Positions 35,889 through 47,982 of a stretch of 53,740 bases of DNA are shown here, in pieces. Position 1 is the first letter of the stretch, and every line of letters starts with the position of its first letter. Below the pieces are notes generated by a model. It saw only the letters and a list, made by a program, of their open reading frames with translations. It was not told the origin of the DNA and ran no database searches. The stretch is taken from assembly GCA_044338275.1 (NCBI GenBank), contig JBIILX010000001.1, positions 1-53,740 of the forward strand, read 5' to 3'. Made by a program: the position numbers and the translations under genes. Origin of the DNA: Pontimonas sp. (GTDB taxonomy: Bacteria; Actinomycetota; Actinomycetes; Actinomycetales; Microbacteriaceae).

Positions 35889-37175
35889 CTAGCGCTTCGG
35901 CCAATCCCTGGCTGCCGGGCCAACATAGAGCTGCTGGGGACGACCAATCCTGGTGCCATCGTCCTCATTCATTTCTCGCCAGTGCGCAATCCAGCCTGGA
36001 AGACGGCCAATAGCAAAGAGCACGGTGAACATACGGGTGGGGAACCCCATTGCCTTATAAATCACACCGGTGTAGAAATCGACGTTGGGATACAGCTTGC
36101 GCTCGATGAAGTAGTCATCAGCAAGGGCAAGCTCTTCAAGCTCTTTGGCAATACCGAGCAATTCGTCCTTGATTCCCAGTTCCGCAAGAACGGAATCTGC
36201 GCTTTCTTTGACAAGCCGAGCCCGGGGGTCGTAGTTCTTATAGATGCGGTGGCCAAAGCCCATGAGGCGAATGCCATCCTCTTTCGCCTTCACTCGCTCA
36301 ACAAAGCGCTTGACGCCTTCGCCAGAGTCACGAATCTCCGCCAACATCGTCAACACGGCTTCATTAGCGCCACCGTGAAGGGGACCAGAAAGCGCATTGA
36401 TGCCAGCCGAGACTGAGGCAAAAAGGTTTGCCTCAGTCGAGCCCACCATGCGAACGGTGGAGGTTGACGCGTTTTGCTCGTGGTCCTCGTGGAGGATCAG
36501 AAGACGATCCAAGGCCTTCATCAACACAGGGTTTGAGACATACGGTTCGGCCATGAGACCGAAGTTCAACCACAGGAAGTTCTCGACAAAGCCCTTCGAG
36601 TTATCGGGATAGAGGAACGCCTGCCCCACACTCTTCTTGTGAGCGTAGGCCGCAATCACCGGGAGCTTCGCCAGCAAACGAATGGTCGACATTTCGATTT
36701 GTGCCGGGTCGTGAACACTGAGTGAGTCGCCGTAGTAGGTCGACATTGCACTCACAGCAGCGGACAGCACCGACATCGGGTGTGCGTTGTGAGGAAGCGC
36801 ATCGAAGAGGCGCTTTAAATCTTCATGCAACAGCGTGTGGTGACGAATGCGGTCATCAAACTCAGCGAGTTCTGAGGCGCTCGGCAAATTTCCATAAATC
36901 AGCAGCCAGGCAACCTCGAGGAAAGTCGACTTCTCAGCAATGTCATCGATGGAATACCCGCGGTAGCGAAGAACGCCGTTCTCGCCATCAATGAACGTGA
37001 TCTTGCTCTTGGTGGAGGCAGTGTTCACAAAGCCCGGGTCCAGCGCGGTGTAACCGGTCTGCTTGGTCAGAGTGGAGAGGTCAATGCTGGAGGCACCCTC
37101 AACCGAGGGCACCACGGGAAACGACGCCGTTCCACCGGGATACTGCAGTGACACGGACTCTGATGAATCAGTCAC
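35889..37175 (-). CDS. gltA: Citrate synthase
   Basis: HEDHEQNAST, GPLHGGANE, GFGHRIYK, YPNVDFY. Confidence 0.96.
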   Translation of the reverse strand: MTDSSESVSLQYPGGTASFPVVPSVEGASSIDLSTLTKQTGYTALDPGFVNTASTKSKITFIDGENGVLRYRGYSIDDIAEKSTFLEVAWLLIYGNLPSASELAEFDDRIRHHTLLHEDLKRLFDALPHNAHPMSVLSAAVSAMSTYYGDSLSVHDPAQIEMSTIRLLAKLPVIAAYAHKKSVGQAFLYPDNSKGFVENFLWLNFGLMAEPYVSNPVLMKALDRLLILHEDHEQNASTSTVRMVGSTEANLFASVSAGINALSGPLHGGANEAVLTMLAEIRDSGEGVKRFVERVKAKEDGIRLMGFGHRIYKNYDPRARLVKESADSVLAELGIKDELLGIAKELEELALADDYFIERKLYPNVDFYTGVIYKAMGFPTRMFTVLFAIGRLPGWIAHWREMNEDDGTRIGRPQQLYVGPAARDWPKR

Positions 37176-37279
37176 AGTACCCTCCTCGCATCCAACTTCC
37201 CTTACAGCCTAGAGGACTCACAGGGCACTGGCTAAGTCGTCTACGGTTTCCGCACACCGTTGTGTATCTCCCACAACCT

Positions 37280-38368
37280 CTAAGCCGAAAGCCGCGCAGC
37301 GGCCTGCGCAATCTGCTCATCGGTGGCAGTGAGGGCAATCCGAACGTGCTGACCGCCAGCCTCACCATAGAAATCTCCGGGGGTGACCAGAATCCCGCGA
37401 GCCGCGCACCATTCCACCGTCTCACGAGCTGATTCACCCCTAGTCGCCCATAGATAAAGCCCCGCCTCGCTGTGGTCGACCCTGAACCCCGCGGCCAACA
37501 CGGCCGGCAACAACACATCGCGCCGTGCGCGATACCGCTCCTTTTGGCGCGCAACATGCTGGTCATCCCCTAGCACTGCGGTCAACGCAGCTTGAATCGG
37601 TGCTGGTGGGATTAGGCCCAAGTGCTTGCGCACCTGAAGGATTCGATTAATCAGTTCCGCATCGCCAGCCATAATTCCTGCCCGATAACCAGCAAGGTTT
37701 GATTGCTTGCTGGTCGAATACAGAGCAAGCAAGCCCGTGAGGTCACCTCCGGTGACCTCACGATGCAGCAACGAGGGAACAGAATCCAGTGTCCACGGCA
37801 GTTCCGCGTAACACTCGTCGCTGGCAAGGACGGCACCTAATTCGCGAGCGCGGGCAACGGCCGAGCGGAGCGTGGCGATGCTGGCCACTGCCCCCGTTGG
37901 GTTGCTGGGAGAATTTAGCCAAATCAAGGCGGTGTTCGCCGGCCAATCGGCGGGGTGATCCGAGGCCACGAGGGTGGCACCCATCAGATGGGCGCCGATT
38001 GCATAGGTCGGGTAGGCGATTTCTGGAATCACCACAACATCGCCTGGTCGCAGCCCCAAGATGGTCGGCAAAAGGCCGACCATCTCTTTGGAACCGATCG
38101 TGGGAATAACGTTTCCTGATTCGAGGGGTCCCGTGTTTCGCCGCCTTTCCCACCAGGTAGCAATCGCAGCGCGGAGTTCGGGGGTTCCTGCTGTCAGGGG
38201 GTAAGTAGGAGCGTTGCCCGCCAGAGAGAGAGCATCTTGGGCAATGACTGGAGTGTCGTCAACAGGTGAGCCCACAGACAGGTCAATAAGGCCATCGGGG
38301 TGGCCTACTGCGCGTCTCTTGAAGGGCTCGAGTGAATCCCAGGGGAAATCAGGCAGAGAGAAGGCCAT
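37280..38368 (-). CDS. dapC: Succinyldiaminopimelate transaminase
   Basis: LPDFPWD, NSPSNPTG, SDECY, STSKQSNLAGYRAG; follows fdxA. Confidence 0.92.
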   Translation of the reverse strand: MAFSLPDFPWDSLEPFKRRAVGHPDGLIDLSVGSPVDDTPVIAQDALSLAGNAPTYPLTAGTPELRAAIATWWERRRNTGPLESGNVIPTIGSKEMVGLLPTILGLRPGDVVVIPEIAYPTYAIGAHLMGATLVASDHPADWPANTALIWLNSPSNPTGAVASIATLRSAVARARELGAVLASDECYAELPWTLDSVPSLLHREVTGGDLTGLLALYSTSKQSNLAGYRAGIMAGDAELINRILQVRKHLGLIPPAPIQAALTAVLGDDQHVARQKERYRARRDVLLPAVLAAGFRVDHSEAGLYLWATRGESARETVEWCAARGILVTPGDFYGEAGGQHVRIALTATDEQIAQAAARLSA

Positions 38369-38373
38369 GAACT

Positions 38374-38691
38374 CTAGTTCTGAGGCGGGAGGGCGGCCAC
38401 AATGGCGTGGTCCATGTGAATCACACCTACCTTGGCTGCACCGCCAGGAGATCCGACCTCGTTGAAGAACTCCACGTTTGCCGTGTAGTACTCGGCCCAC
38501 TGCGCAGGGACATCGTCTTCGTAGTAGATGGCCTCAACCGGACAGACGGGTTCACACGCACCACAGTCGACGCACTCATCGGGGTGGATGTAGAGCATCC
38601 GGTCGCCCTCGTAGATGCAGTCCACGGGGCATTCATCGATGCATGCCCGGTCTTTCAGATCTACACAGGGCAAAGCGATTACATACGTCAC
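38374..38691 (-). CDS. fdxA: 7Fe ferredoxin
   Basis: CVDLKDRACIDECPVDCIY...CVDCGACEPVCP. Confidence 0.95.
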   Translation of the reverse strand: MTYVIALPCVDLKDRACIDECPVDCIYEGDRMLYIHPDECVDCGACEPVCPVEAIYYEDDVPAQWAEYYTANVEFFNEVGSPGGAAKVGVIHMDHAIVAALPPQN

Positions 38692-39095
38692 TGTGGAAGC
38701 GTCCTTTCAGGAAAGCCGGTTTCTCTATCGTAACTTGTGGGCCTGGCAGAAAACTTCGGCCACGCGAGTGCCACCACAGTGACAAACGTGACCGCAATGA
38801 CAAAAGACAAACCGGCCGGGTCGGCCATGATCAACACCGAACCTGTCAGCTCGGCTCCAGCGGCAACCACCACAACGCCAACCGCCCCGACAGCTCCGAC
38901 CAGGGCAAGAAGCCTCCCTCGCCATAGCGCTCGAAGCCCAGCGAGAAACGTTGCCACAAGAACGATTGACAGGGAGAGGCCCAGCGGAAAGAGGGCACTG
39001 TGATAAATCGTGCCAACTAGACCAACGAAAGCTCCCACTACAAGAGTCACCCCGCCGAGAATCAGAAACCGCGCTAAGCGCTGGCGAAAACTCAC
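38688..39095 (-). CDS. Small membrane protein
   Basis: Four hydrophobic segments; GTGA overlaps with ilvE and fdxA. Confidence 0.7.
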   Translation of the reverse strand: MSFRQRLARFLILGGVTLVVGAFVGLVGTIYHSALFPLGLSLSIVLVATFLAGLRALWRGRLLALVGAVGAVGVVVVAAGAELTGSVLIMADPAGLSFVIAVTFVTVVALAWPKFSARPTSYDRETGFPERTLPQ

Positions 39096-40204
39096 GCGTC
39101 GAGGCGGAACATCCAGCCGTGGTCGTCGGGGCGACGGCCATACTGAATGTCAATGAGCTCGTCGCGAAGCGACATCGTGACTTCACCAGCTGGCGCATCA
39201 GCAGAACCAATGGTGAAATCTGGGGCCTTGAGTTGGCCAATAGGGACCACCGTGGCTGCGGTCCCACACGCGAAAGCCTCGACAATGTCGCCAGACTCAA
39301 ATCCCTTACGCCACTCATCGATGCTGACCTGACGACGCTCAACCTTGTGGCCGCGGGCTTCAGCCAAAGCCAACACAGAATCCCTCGTAATTCCGGAAAG
39401 GATCGTCTCGCTCGCGGGGGTGACCAACGTACCGTCTTTGTACACAAGGACCACGTTCATGCCACCGAGCTCTTCCAGGTATTTGCCCTCGACGGAATCG
39501 AGAAACAGTACCTGCTGACACCCTTGCTCGGCTGCTTCGGTCTGAGCGAGCAGAGATGCGGCATAGTTTCCACCAGCTTTGGCGGCACCTGTGCCGCCGC
39601 GGCCAGCGCGGGTGTAGTGGGTAGAAAGCCAAATCGACACTGGCTTCGCGTTGCCGCCGAAGTAGGGCCCCACGGGACTGGCGATGACATAAAAAGCAAC
39701 CTTCTTCGCCGGTCGAACACCCAAGAAGGCCTCTTTAGCGAACATGAAAGGCCGGATATAGAGAGAGGTCTCGGGGGCGCTGGGGACCCACTCGCCATCC
39801 ACAGCAATCAATTCCTGAAGCGAGCGGATGAAATAATCGACTGGCAACTCGGGCATTGCCATGCGCGCGGCAGAGCGCTGCATACGCAGGGCGTTCTCTT
39901 CAGGACGGAACGTCCAAATCGAGCCGTCGCTGTGGCGGTAGGCCTTCATGCCCTCAAAGATTTCCTGGCCGTAGTGCAGCACTGCTGCCGCGGGGTCAAG
40001 TGGGATGGGGCCGTAGGGCTGAACACGTGGGCGGTGCCATCCGCCAGTTTCTGACCAGCAGATGTCGACCATGTGATCGGTGAACACCGTGCCAAATACC
40101 GGCTTGTCCAACACTTCTTGGCGCTTGTCCACGGGCATGGGTGAGGGGTTCGGCATGACCTGAAAGATCAAGTCTTTGTTTGCCATCTGGAGAGGAATTG
40201 TCAT
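39092..40204 (-). CDS. ilvE: Branched-chain amino acid aminotransferase
   Basis: LHYGQEIFEGMKAY, KAGGNYA, LSGITR, GTAA. Confidence 0.95.
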   Translation of the reverse strand: MTIPLQMANKDLIFQVMPNPSPMPVDKRQEVLDKPVFGTVFTDHMVDICWSETGGWHRPRVQPYGPIPLDPAAAVLHYGQEIFEGMKAYRHSDGSIWTFRPEENALRMQRSAARMAMPELPVDYFIRSLQELIAVDGEWVPSAPETSLYIRPFMFAKEAFLGVRPAKKVAFYVIASPVGPYFGGNAKPVSIWLSTHYTRAGRGGTGAAKAGGNYAASLLAQTEAAEQGCQQVLFLDSVEGKYLEELGGMNVVLVYKDGTLVTPASETILSGITRDSVLALAEARGHKVERRQVSIDEWRKGFESGDIVEAFACGTAATVVPIGQLKAPDFTIGSADAPAGEVTMSLRDELIDIQYGRRPDDHGWMFRLDA

Positions 40205-40280
40205 GACGAGGAAGCCCCTTTAGCGCGGTTCACGAAGTAGCCACAGCCTACCGCGTGGCCAGGACACTCACTAGGCCTGC

Positions 40281-41330
40281 TCAGAGCAGCGCTCTGATGG
40301 CTGCGCCGATCTCGGCGGTCGACCGTGCTGATGTAGCACCAGTCCGTGAGGACACATCCGCAACTATTGCGGCCTGGAGCTTGGCTGCCTCAACCGGGTG
40401 ACCGTGGTGCTCCAGCAAGAGCACCATCGACATGATTGCCGCGGTGGGGTCAGCAATACCTTGTCCCGCGATATCCGGTGCTGAGCCATGCACGGGCTCA
40501 AACATGCTGGGGAAAGTGCCCGTCGTGTTCAAGTTAGCTGAGGCGGCTGTGCCAATGCCGCCGCCAACAGCGCCAGCCAGATCGGTAATGATGTCGCCGA
40601 AAAGGTTGTCGGTCACAATCACATCAAAGCGAGCAGGATCGCTCACCATGAAAATCATGGTGGCATCGACGTGAAGGTAGTCAACACTCACATCGGGGAA
40701 CTCAGCGCCAACCTCGCGAACAATCCGCGACCACAGCCCTCCGGCGTGGACCAGGACGTTGGTCTTGTGGACCAACGTCAACTTCTTTCTCCTGGCGCGA
40801 GCCTTCTCGAAGGCAAAGCGAACTGCGCGTTCAACACCGTGTGCGGTGTTGACGGAGACTTCGTTGGCAATCTCAAACGGTGTCCCTTGACGCAGCACAC
40901 CACCGTTGCCCACATAGGGGCCTTCGGTGCCTTCACGAATGACAACAAAATCGATGACGCCTGGGTTCTTGAGAGGAGATTCCAACCCCGGGAACAACAC
41001 GGTTGGGCGAATATTCACACCGTGATCAAAAGCAAATCTGAGCTTAAGAAGGAGCCCGCGTTCGATAATTCCCCCCGCAAGACGCGGATCTGAGGGGTCT
41101 CCGCCCACAGCGCCGAGGACAATGGCGTCGTGCTGGGCGAGTTTTCCGAGAGTCTCATCGCAGAGCACTTCACCTGTTGCCAAGAAATGTGCCGCGCCCA
41201 AGTCATAGTCGGTGGCGGTGATGTCCACCTCGGAGCCCACGACCGCACGCAGCGCAGCTATGGCCTCCGCAGTTACTTCTGGGCCAATGCCATCGCCACC
41301 GATGACAGCGAGATTCAGGGTTGATGGCAT
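40281..41330 (-). CDS. leuB: 3-isopropylmalate dehydrogenase
   Basis: [30 protein letters not shown]. Confidence 0.95.
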   Translation of the reverse strand: MPSTLNLAVIGGDGIGPEVTAEAIAALRAVVGSEVDITATDYDLGAAHFLATGEVLCDETLGKLAQHDAIVLGAVGGDPSDPRLAGGIIERGLLLKLRFAFDHGVNIRPTVLFPGLESPLKNPGVIDFVVIREGTEGPYVGNGGVLRQGTPFEIANEVSVNTAHGVERAVRFAFEKARARRKKLTLVHKTNVLVHAGGLWSRIVREVGAEFPDVSVDYLHVDATMIFMVSDPARFDVIVTDNLFGDIITDLAGAVGGGIGTAASANLNTTGTFPSMFEPVHGSAPDIAGQGIADPTAAIMSMVLLLEHHGHPVEAAKLQAAIVADVSSRTGATSARSTAEIGAAIRALL

Positions 41331-41376
41331 GGCTTAACCCTACGGCGTTGGGACCCAGCGCGACAACGAATGCGCT

Positions 41377-42150
41377 CTATCGTGAGGCGAGGCGTTCGTG
41401 CAGCGTCCACAGCACCCGGATGACCTCATGAGGATCGGCCACGCGATGGGACGCTGTGGTAACACCCTCGCCCACTTTGATACCAATATCGCCAGAACCC
41501 AAGGCGGCAAACCCGTCCTCATCGGTGACGTCATCACCGATGAAGAGAGTGGCGTGAATATCAAGGGTCTCCCACAGCGACCGAAGCCCATCGCCCTTGG
41601 TTCGATCGGACACAGCGCACTCAAGAATCCCGTGACCGGAGCGCATCACGAGGCGATCGGGCCACTCATCACACACACGATGCGCTGCAGCCTCCGCCGC
41701 TACCGCTACCGGAGCATCAAGTCCCCGGGTGTGGATGGCAAGCCCAAAAGGCTTCACTTCAATCCGCGGTCCGGGAATATCCCGCACAATCTGATGGAAG
41801 CCTGCAATCAGTCCTTCCGGCACCAACTGCGGCGTTGAGTACGACCCTCGCTCTTCGGGAGCCACAACCTCAATTCCGTGTGATCCCACGAGGAACCAAT
41901 CAGGGTGAGGCTCAGCGACTCTTATGATGTTCTCAATCGCGCGGCCCGTAACGAGGGAAATATGAACCCCGTCGATGTCCGTGAGGGCATCGACTGCTTC
42001 ACGTGACTCGGGCAGCATCCGGGAGTTCTCCGGATCATCCTGAAGCGGCGCGAGCGTTCCATCAAAGTCGAGTGCCACCAAGACCCCGGGGTGAACCGAG
42101 AGCTCGGCGAGAGCCTGCTCTAAAGGCGCGTTGCCCAGAAGCTCAGCCAC
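41377..42150 (-). CDS. otsB: Trehalose-6-phosphate phosphatase (HAD)
   Basis: LDFDGTLAP, GSHGIE, KGDGL, FIGDDVTDEDGF. Confidence 0.85.
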   Translation of the reverse strand: MAELLGNAPLEQALAELSVHPGVLVALDFDGTLAPLQDDPENSRMLPESREAVDALTDIDGVHISLVTGRAIENIIRVAEPHPDWFLVGSHGIEVVAPEERGSYSTPQLVPEGLIAGFHQIVRDIPGPRIEVKPFGLAIHTRGLDAPVAVAAEAAAHRVCDEWPDRLVMRSGHGILECAVSDRTKGDGLRSLWETLDIHATLFIGDDVTDEDGFAALGSGDIGIKVGEGVTTASHRVADPHEVIRVLWTLHERLASR

Positions 42151-43751
42151 TAGAGCTCGACGATGTCGATGTGGGCCATGGTCGCCGCCTCGATCTTTGT
42201 AGCGACCTCGGCCAGAAGGTCTTCTGGAACTCGGGAGTCGACGGTCAGAACACTTAATGCCTGACCACCGGCGGTTTCCCGGGCAATCTGCATGCCAGCA
42301 ATATTGATATTCGCATCTCCAAAGGCTTTGCCATAAATCGCCACGATTCCGGGGCGATCCTTGTACATCATCACGATGTGGTGGGCGGCCAACGGAACCT
42401 CAATGTCATACCCATTAACTTCAACCAGCTTCTCGGTTTGGCGCGCACCAGTGAGGGTCGCTGAGACGGACACGTTGGACCCGTCACCCAGGACGCCCTT
42501 GATTGTCAGGACGTTGCGGTATTCGTCGCTGCGGGGATCGGTCGCCATGCTCACGGTGACCCCCCTCGCCTCGGCTAACAGCGGAGCGTTCACATAGCTC
42601 ACTTGTTCGCTCACGATCCGAGAGAAGATTCCCTTCAGAGCTGCGAGCTTCAAAGCACTGACATCGTGCTCGACGATGTCGCCTCGCACTTCGATCGTGA
42701 CGCTAGAAATCGACGCCTGACAGAGGCCAACGAAAACCTGACCAAGCTTTTCCATCAACGGAATACCCGGGCGAACAGACGGGTCGATGATTCCACCGGC
42801 GACATTCACCGCGTCTGGCACGAGTTCACCCTCTAGGGCGAGCTTCACCGATTTGGCCACCGAAATTCCCGCCTTTTCCTGGGCCTCTTCCGTGGAGGCG
42901 CCCAAGTGAGGGGTTACCACAATGTTCGGAAGATCGAGCAAGGGTGAACCAGTAGGGGGCTCCGAGTTGAAGACGTCAATTCCGGCGCTGGCGATCCAGT
43001 TTTCACTGAGTGCCTGATACAGGGCGTCTTCATCGATGATGCCGCCTCGGGACGCGTTGACAATTCGCAGCGAGGGCTTGGCGGATTTGAGTTCCTTGAC
43101 CCCGATCATCCCGGTCGTCTCAGGTGTCTTCGGGATATGGATCGTGATGAAATCACTGTGTGCGACCAAGTCTTCAAGGGTTGTCAAGGTGACACCCATT
43201 TGACTGGCCCGCACCGGCTGCACGTAGGGGTCAAAGCCGATGATGTTGGCACCAAACCCCGACAAACGCTCGGCAACCAGAGCGCCGATGCGACCCAGGC
43301 CAATGATGCCAATCGTCTTATCGAAAAGCTCAACCCCGGTAAAGGCGCTGCGCTTCCACTCGCCTGCCGCCAGGGATGCGTGTGCTCGGGGAATATGACG
43401 CGCCAACGAGAGCAGGTGGCCCACAGCCAACTCGGCAGCGCTGACCACATTGGACGTTGGAGCATTGACCACCATCACGCCCGCCTCGGTGGCGGCTTTG
43501 ATGTCGACGTTGTCGAGGCCAACGCCAGCCCGGGCGATAACCTTCAGGCCTTTGCCTGCAGCAATCGCTTCGGGGTCCATCTGGGTTGCCGACCTAATCA
43601 GCACCGCGTGGACACCAGGCAGGGCGGCCAGAAGTTCTGCACGATCGGCGCCATTAACGTGGCGAATCTCGAAGCCAGGGCCGAGCGCATCCACTGTGGC
43701 GGGGGAGAGCTCTTCAGCAATAAGAACGACGGGCTTTGCCAAAGACGTCAC
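42150..43751 (-). CDS. serA: D-3-phosphoglycerate dehydrogenase
   Basis: RAGVGLDNVD, GLGRIG, TPHLGAST, C-terminal ACT domain. Confidence 0.96.
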   Translation of the reverse strand: MTSLAKPVVLIAEELSPATVDALGPGFEIRHVNGADRAELLAALPGVHAVLIRSATQMDPEAIAAGKGLKVIARAGVGLDNVDIKAATEAGVMVVNAPTSNVVSAAELAVGHLLSLARHIPRAHASLAAGEWKRSAFTGVELFDKTIGIIGLGRIGALVAERLSGFGANIIGFDPYVQPVRASQMGVTLTTLEDLVAHSDFITIHIPKTPETTGMIGVKELKSAKPSLRIVNASRGGIIDEDALYQALSENWIASAGIDVFNSEPPTGSPLLDLPNIVVTPHLGASTEEAQEKAGISVAKSVKLALEGELVPDAVNVAGGIIDPSVRPGIPLMEKLGQVFVGLCQASISSVTIEVRGDIVEHDVSALKLAALKGIFSRIVSEQVSYVNAPLLAEARGVTVSMATDPRSDEYRNVLTIKGVLGDGSNVSVSATLTGARQTEKLVEVNGYDIEVPLAAHHIVMMYKDRPGIVAIYGKAFGDANINIAGMQIARETAGGQALSVLTVDSRVPEDLLAEVATKIEAATMAHIDIVEL

Positions 43752-43803
43752 CTTTCACCACCACAAAGACAGACAAACACGCTGGACAGACCTCAAGTCT
43801 AGT

Positions 43804-44139
43804 TCAGCCTGCGACTGCCTGAAGGGCAGCAGCCCGCCACGCCTGCTCGATTGCTGCGAGGCTCAGACTCATTCCGGCAACGACAGCCCAGGCCACCACC
43901 ATGATGGCCAGGCGCTCCGCGGCATCGGACCAGCTCCGCCACAGGACCAACGAGACAACACCAGCGGTGATGGGCAACAAAACCCCCAACCACAGCACGA
44001 TCCACGGGACGCTCACACCGATTCCCATGGCCTCATAGAAAGGCTGTAGGCCGACCAGATTGCCGAGTGCCTCCCACGCATCCCATCCCAAGAGCATCAC
44101 AAAGACCGTGATGACAAGGCCGCTCTGCACCCTGGTCAC
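43804..44139 (-). CDS. Small membrane protein
   Basis: Three TM segments, WEALGNL; in operon context. Confidence 0.65.
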   Translation of the reverse strand: MTRVQSGLVITVFVMLLGWDAWEALGNLVGLQPFYEAMGIGVSVPWIVLWLGVLLPITAGVVSLVLWRSWSDAAERLAIMVVAWAVVAGMSLSLAAIEQAWRAAALQAVAG

Positions 44140-44525
44140 GAGAAGACCACCGGAAGGACGAGCGGCAGCGGAAACAGCACAACCAAGCCAGCAACCAACC
44201 AGGCAAGTCGTGGCTTAGTGCCCGCACCAGCGCGCAGCCACCACACGACTCCAAACCACAGCGGTGCAGCGACAATCGCGAGGAACTCGCCGAACTGGTA
44301 CATGATCGCATCGAGCAGGCTGCTGGCCTGCTGTGTGGGCGCCGCGACAATCGCCAACACCCACGCAATCGTCCACACCGCATACAACCCGCCGAACAGG
44401 GCCAAGAGCACCGGGTTGTCGGTTCTAGGTTGAGGCGTCGCCGGAGAGACGTCTCTGCCTCCTACAACAAAACCTTCCTCAGATTCGCCCCAGTCAAAAG
44501 CGGGCTCGCGCGAATCAGAGGTCAT
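44136..44525 (-). CDS. Small membrane protein
   Basis: Three TM segments; overlaps the next gene; follows ilvC. Confidence 0.65.
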   Translation of the reverse strand: MTSDSREPAFDWGESEEGFVVGGRDVSPATPQPRTDNPVLLALFGGLYAVWTIAWVLAIVAAPTQQASSLLDAIMYQFGEFLAIVAAPLWFGVVWWLRAGAGTKPRLAWLVAGLVVLFPLPLVLPVVFS

Positions 44526-44531
44526 GGTGCT

Positions 44532-46102
<1,571 letters not shown>

Positions 46103-46104
46103 GA

Positions 46105-47937
46105 TTACTCCTCATCCCATTCAGGCGCATGGTCTCTGGCGTATTGAACCTGAGAGTTACCCACTCCCTGGGGCACCATGGGCCACACCATCGAGTCTTT
46201 GCTGACGATGAAGTCAATGACGACTGGACGGTCATTGGTTTCCATCGCCAACTTGATGGCCGGCTCAACTTCTTCCTTCGTGCGCACACGAATTCCGAGC
46301 GCACCATACGCATCGGCAAGTTTGATGAAATCTGGAACCATCTCGGTGTCGTGGCCCGTGTTCAAGTCGGTGAAGGAGTGCCGCCCGTCATAGAACAGTG
46401 ACTGCCATTGCCGCACCATTCCGAGCGACGAGTTGTTGATAATCGCCACCTTAATCGGAATGTTGTTGATGGTGCAGGTGGCCAACTCTTGGTTGGTCAT
46501 CTGGAAACAGCCATCGCCATCAATAGCCCACACAAGACGGTCGGGTTCGGCAACCTTGGCACCCATGGCGGCGGGAATCGCGTAGCCCATAGTTCCCGCG
46601 CCACCGGAGTTAAGCCAGGCGTTCGGGCGCTCATACTTGATGAACTGTGCCGCCCACATCTGGTGCTGACCAACGCCAGCGGCGTAAACAGCCTCGGGCC
46701 CTGACATTTCACCAATCTTTTGGATCACCCATTGCGGAGACAGCAAACCGTCATCGGGCTCGTCGAAGCCGAGCGGGAACTGTTCCTTCAAGTAGTCGAG
46801 GCGCTCCCACCAGGCCTTGTAGTCAGGCTTGTGAGCCTTAGCGGCCTGGTTGAACGCGGTCAGCAAGTCCTGGAGGACGTCCTTCACATCGCCGACGATG
46901 GGAACCTCGGCGTGACGAATCTTGCCGATTTCGGCGGGGTCGATGTCGATGTGGATGACCTTGGCGTGTGGCGCAAACTCACTCGCCTTGCCGGTCACTC
47001 GGTCGTCAAATCGCGCACCCAAAACAATCAAGAGGTCCGATTCTTGGAACGCAAGCACGGCGGGGACTGTGCCGTGCATTCCTGGCATACCGAGGTTCAG
47101 CGGGCTCGAATCCGGGAACGCTCCGCGTGCCATCAACGTAGTGACCACGGGTGCACCCAGTTTGTTCGCGAACGCAGCCAACTCTTTGTGGGCGCCCGCG
47201 CGAATCACACCGCCACCAACGTAGAGAACAGGTTTGGCAGCTTCAGCAATCATTTGCGCAGCAACTTGGACCTGCTTTTGGTTGGCCTTGGTGACCGGGT
47301 GGTAGCCCGGCAAATCAATCTCAGGGGGCCAGATAAATGGGGCGCTCTTTTGCTGAGCGTCCTTAGTAATGTCCACCAGCACTGGGCCGGGCCGGCCAGA
47401 CGTTGCGATGTGAACAGCGGCGGCGATGACAGCAGGGATTTCTTCTGGCTTTGTCACCAGGAACGAGTGCTTCGTGATTGGCATTGTCACACCAGAGATA
47501 TCAACTTCTTGGAACGCGTCAGTCCCCATGGACGTGGAGAAAACCTGGCCAGTGATAGCCAGCAACGGGACCGAGTCCATGTGGGCATCAGCGATCGCGG
47601 TGACGAGGTTCGTTGCGCCAGGACCTGAGGTGGCAATACATACTCCGAGCCTGCCAGTCGATGAAGCGTAGCCCTCAGCCGCGTGACCTGCACCCTGCTC
47701 GTGACGCACGAGAATGTGGCGGATTTTATCCGCCGACATGAGCTCGTCGTAGAAGGGCATGATGGCGCCACCTGGCAAACCAAAGACATCCTTGATGCCC
47801 AGCAGCTCCAGGCTCTTGAGGATTGCCCCAGACCCGGTCAATACCGGTGCCTTGGCAGCAAGCTGGGCTTTTCTCTGTTCCTCAGGGCTCAACTCAGGAG
47901 CCTCTGCATCAACGAGGTCCAAACCGTATTCATCCAT
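46105..47937 (-). CDS. ilvB: Acetolactate synthase large subunit
   Basis: [31 protein letters not shown]. Confidence 0.96.
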   Translation of the reverse strand: MDEYGLDLVDAEAPELSPEEQRKAQLAAKAPVLTGSGAILKSLELLGIKDVFGLPGGAIMPFYDELMSADKIRHILVRHEQGAGHAAEGYASSTGRLGVCIATSGPGATNLVTAIADAHMDSVPLLAITGQVFSTSMGTDAFQEVDISGVTMPITKHSFLVTKPEEIPAVIAAAVHIATSGRPGPVLVDITKDAQQKSAPFIWPPEIDLPGYHPVTKANQKQVQVAAQMIAEAAKPVLYVGGGVIRAGAHKELAAFANKLGAPVVTTLMARGAFPDSSPLNLGMPGMHGTVPAVLAFQESDLLIVLGARFDDRVTGKASEFAPHAKVIHIDIDPAEIGKIRHAEVPIVGDVKDVLQDLLTAFNQAAKAHKPDYKAWWERLDYLKEQFPLGFDEPDDGLLSPQWVIQKIGEMSGPEAVYAAGVGQHQMWAAQFIKYERPNAWLNSGGAGTMGYAIPAAMGAKVAEPDRLVWAIDGDGCFQMTNQELATCTINNIPIKVAIINNSSLGMVRQWQSLFYDGRHSFTDLNTGHDTEMVPDFIKLADAYGALGIRVRTKEEVEPAIKLAMETNDRPVVIDFIVSKDSMVWPMVPQGVGNSQVQYARDHAPEWDEE

Positions 47938-47982
47938 GGTGTATTCCGCTACATCCTGTTGGTTACCTGCACGAAAAGAGAT

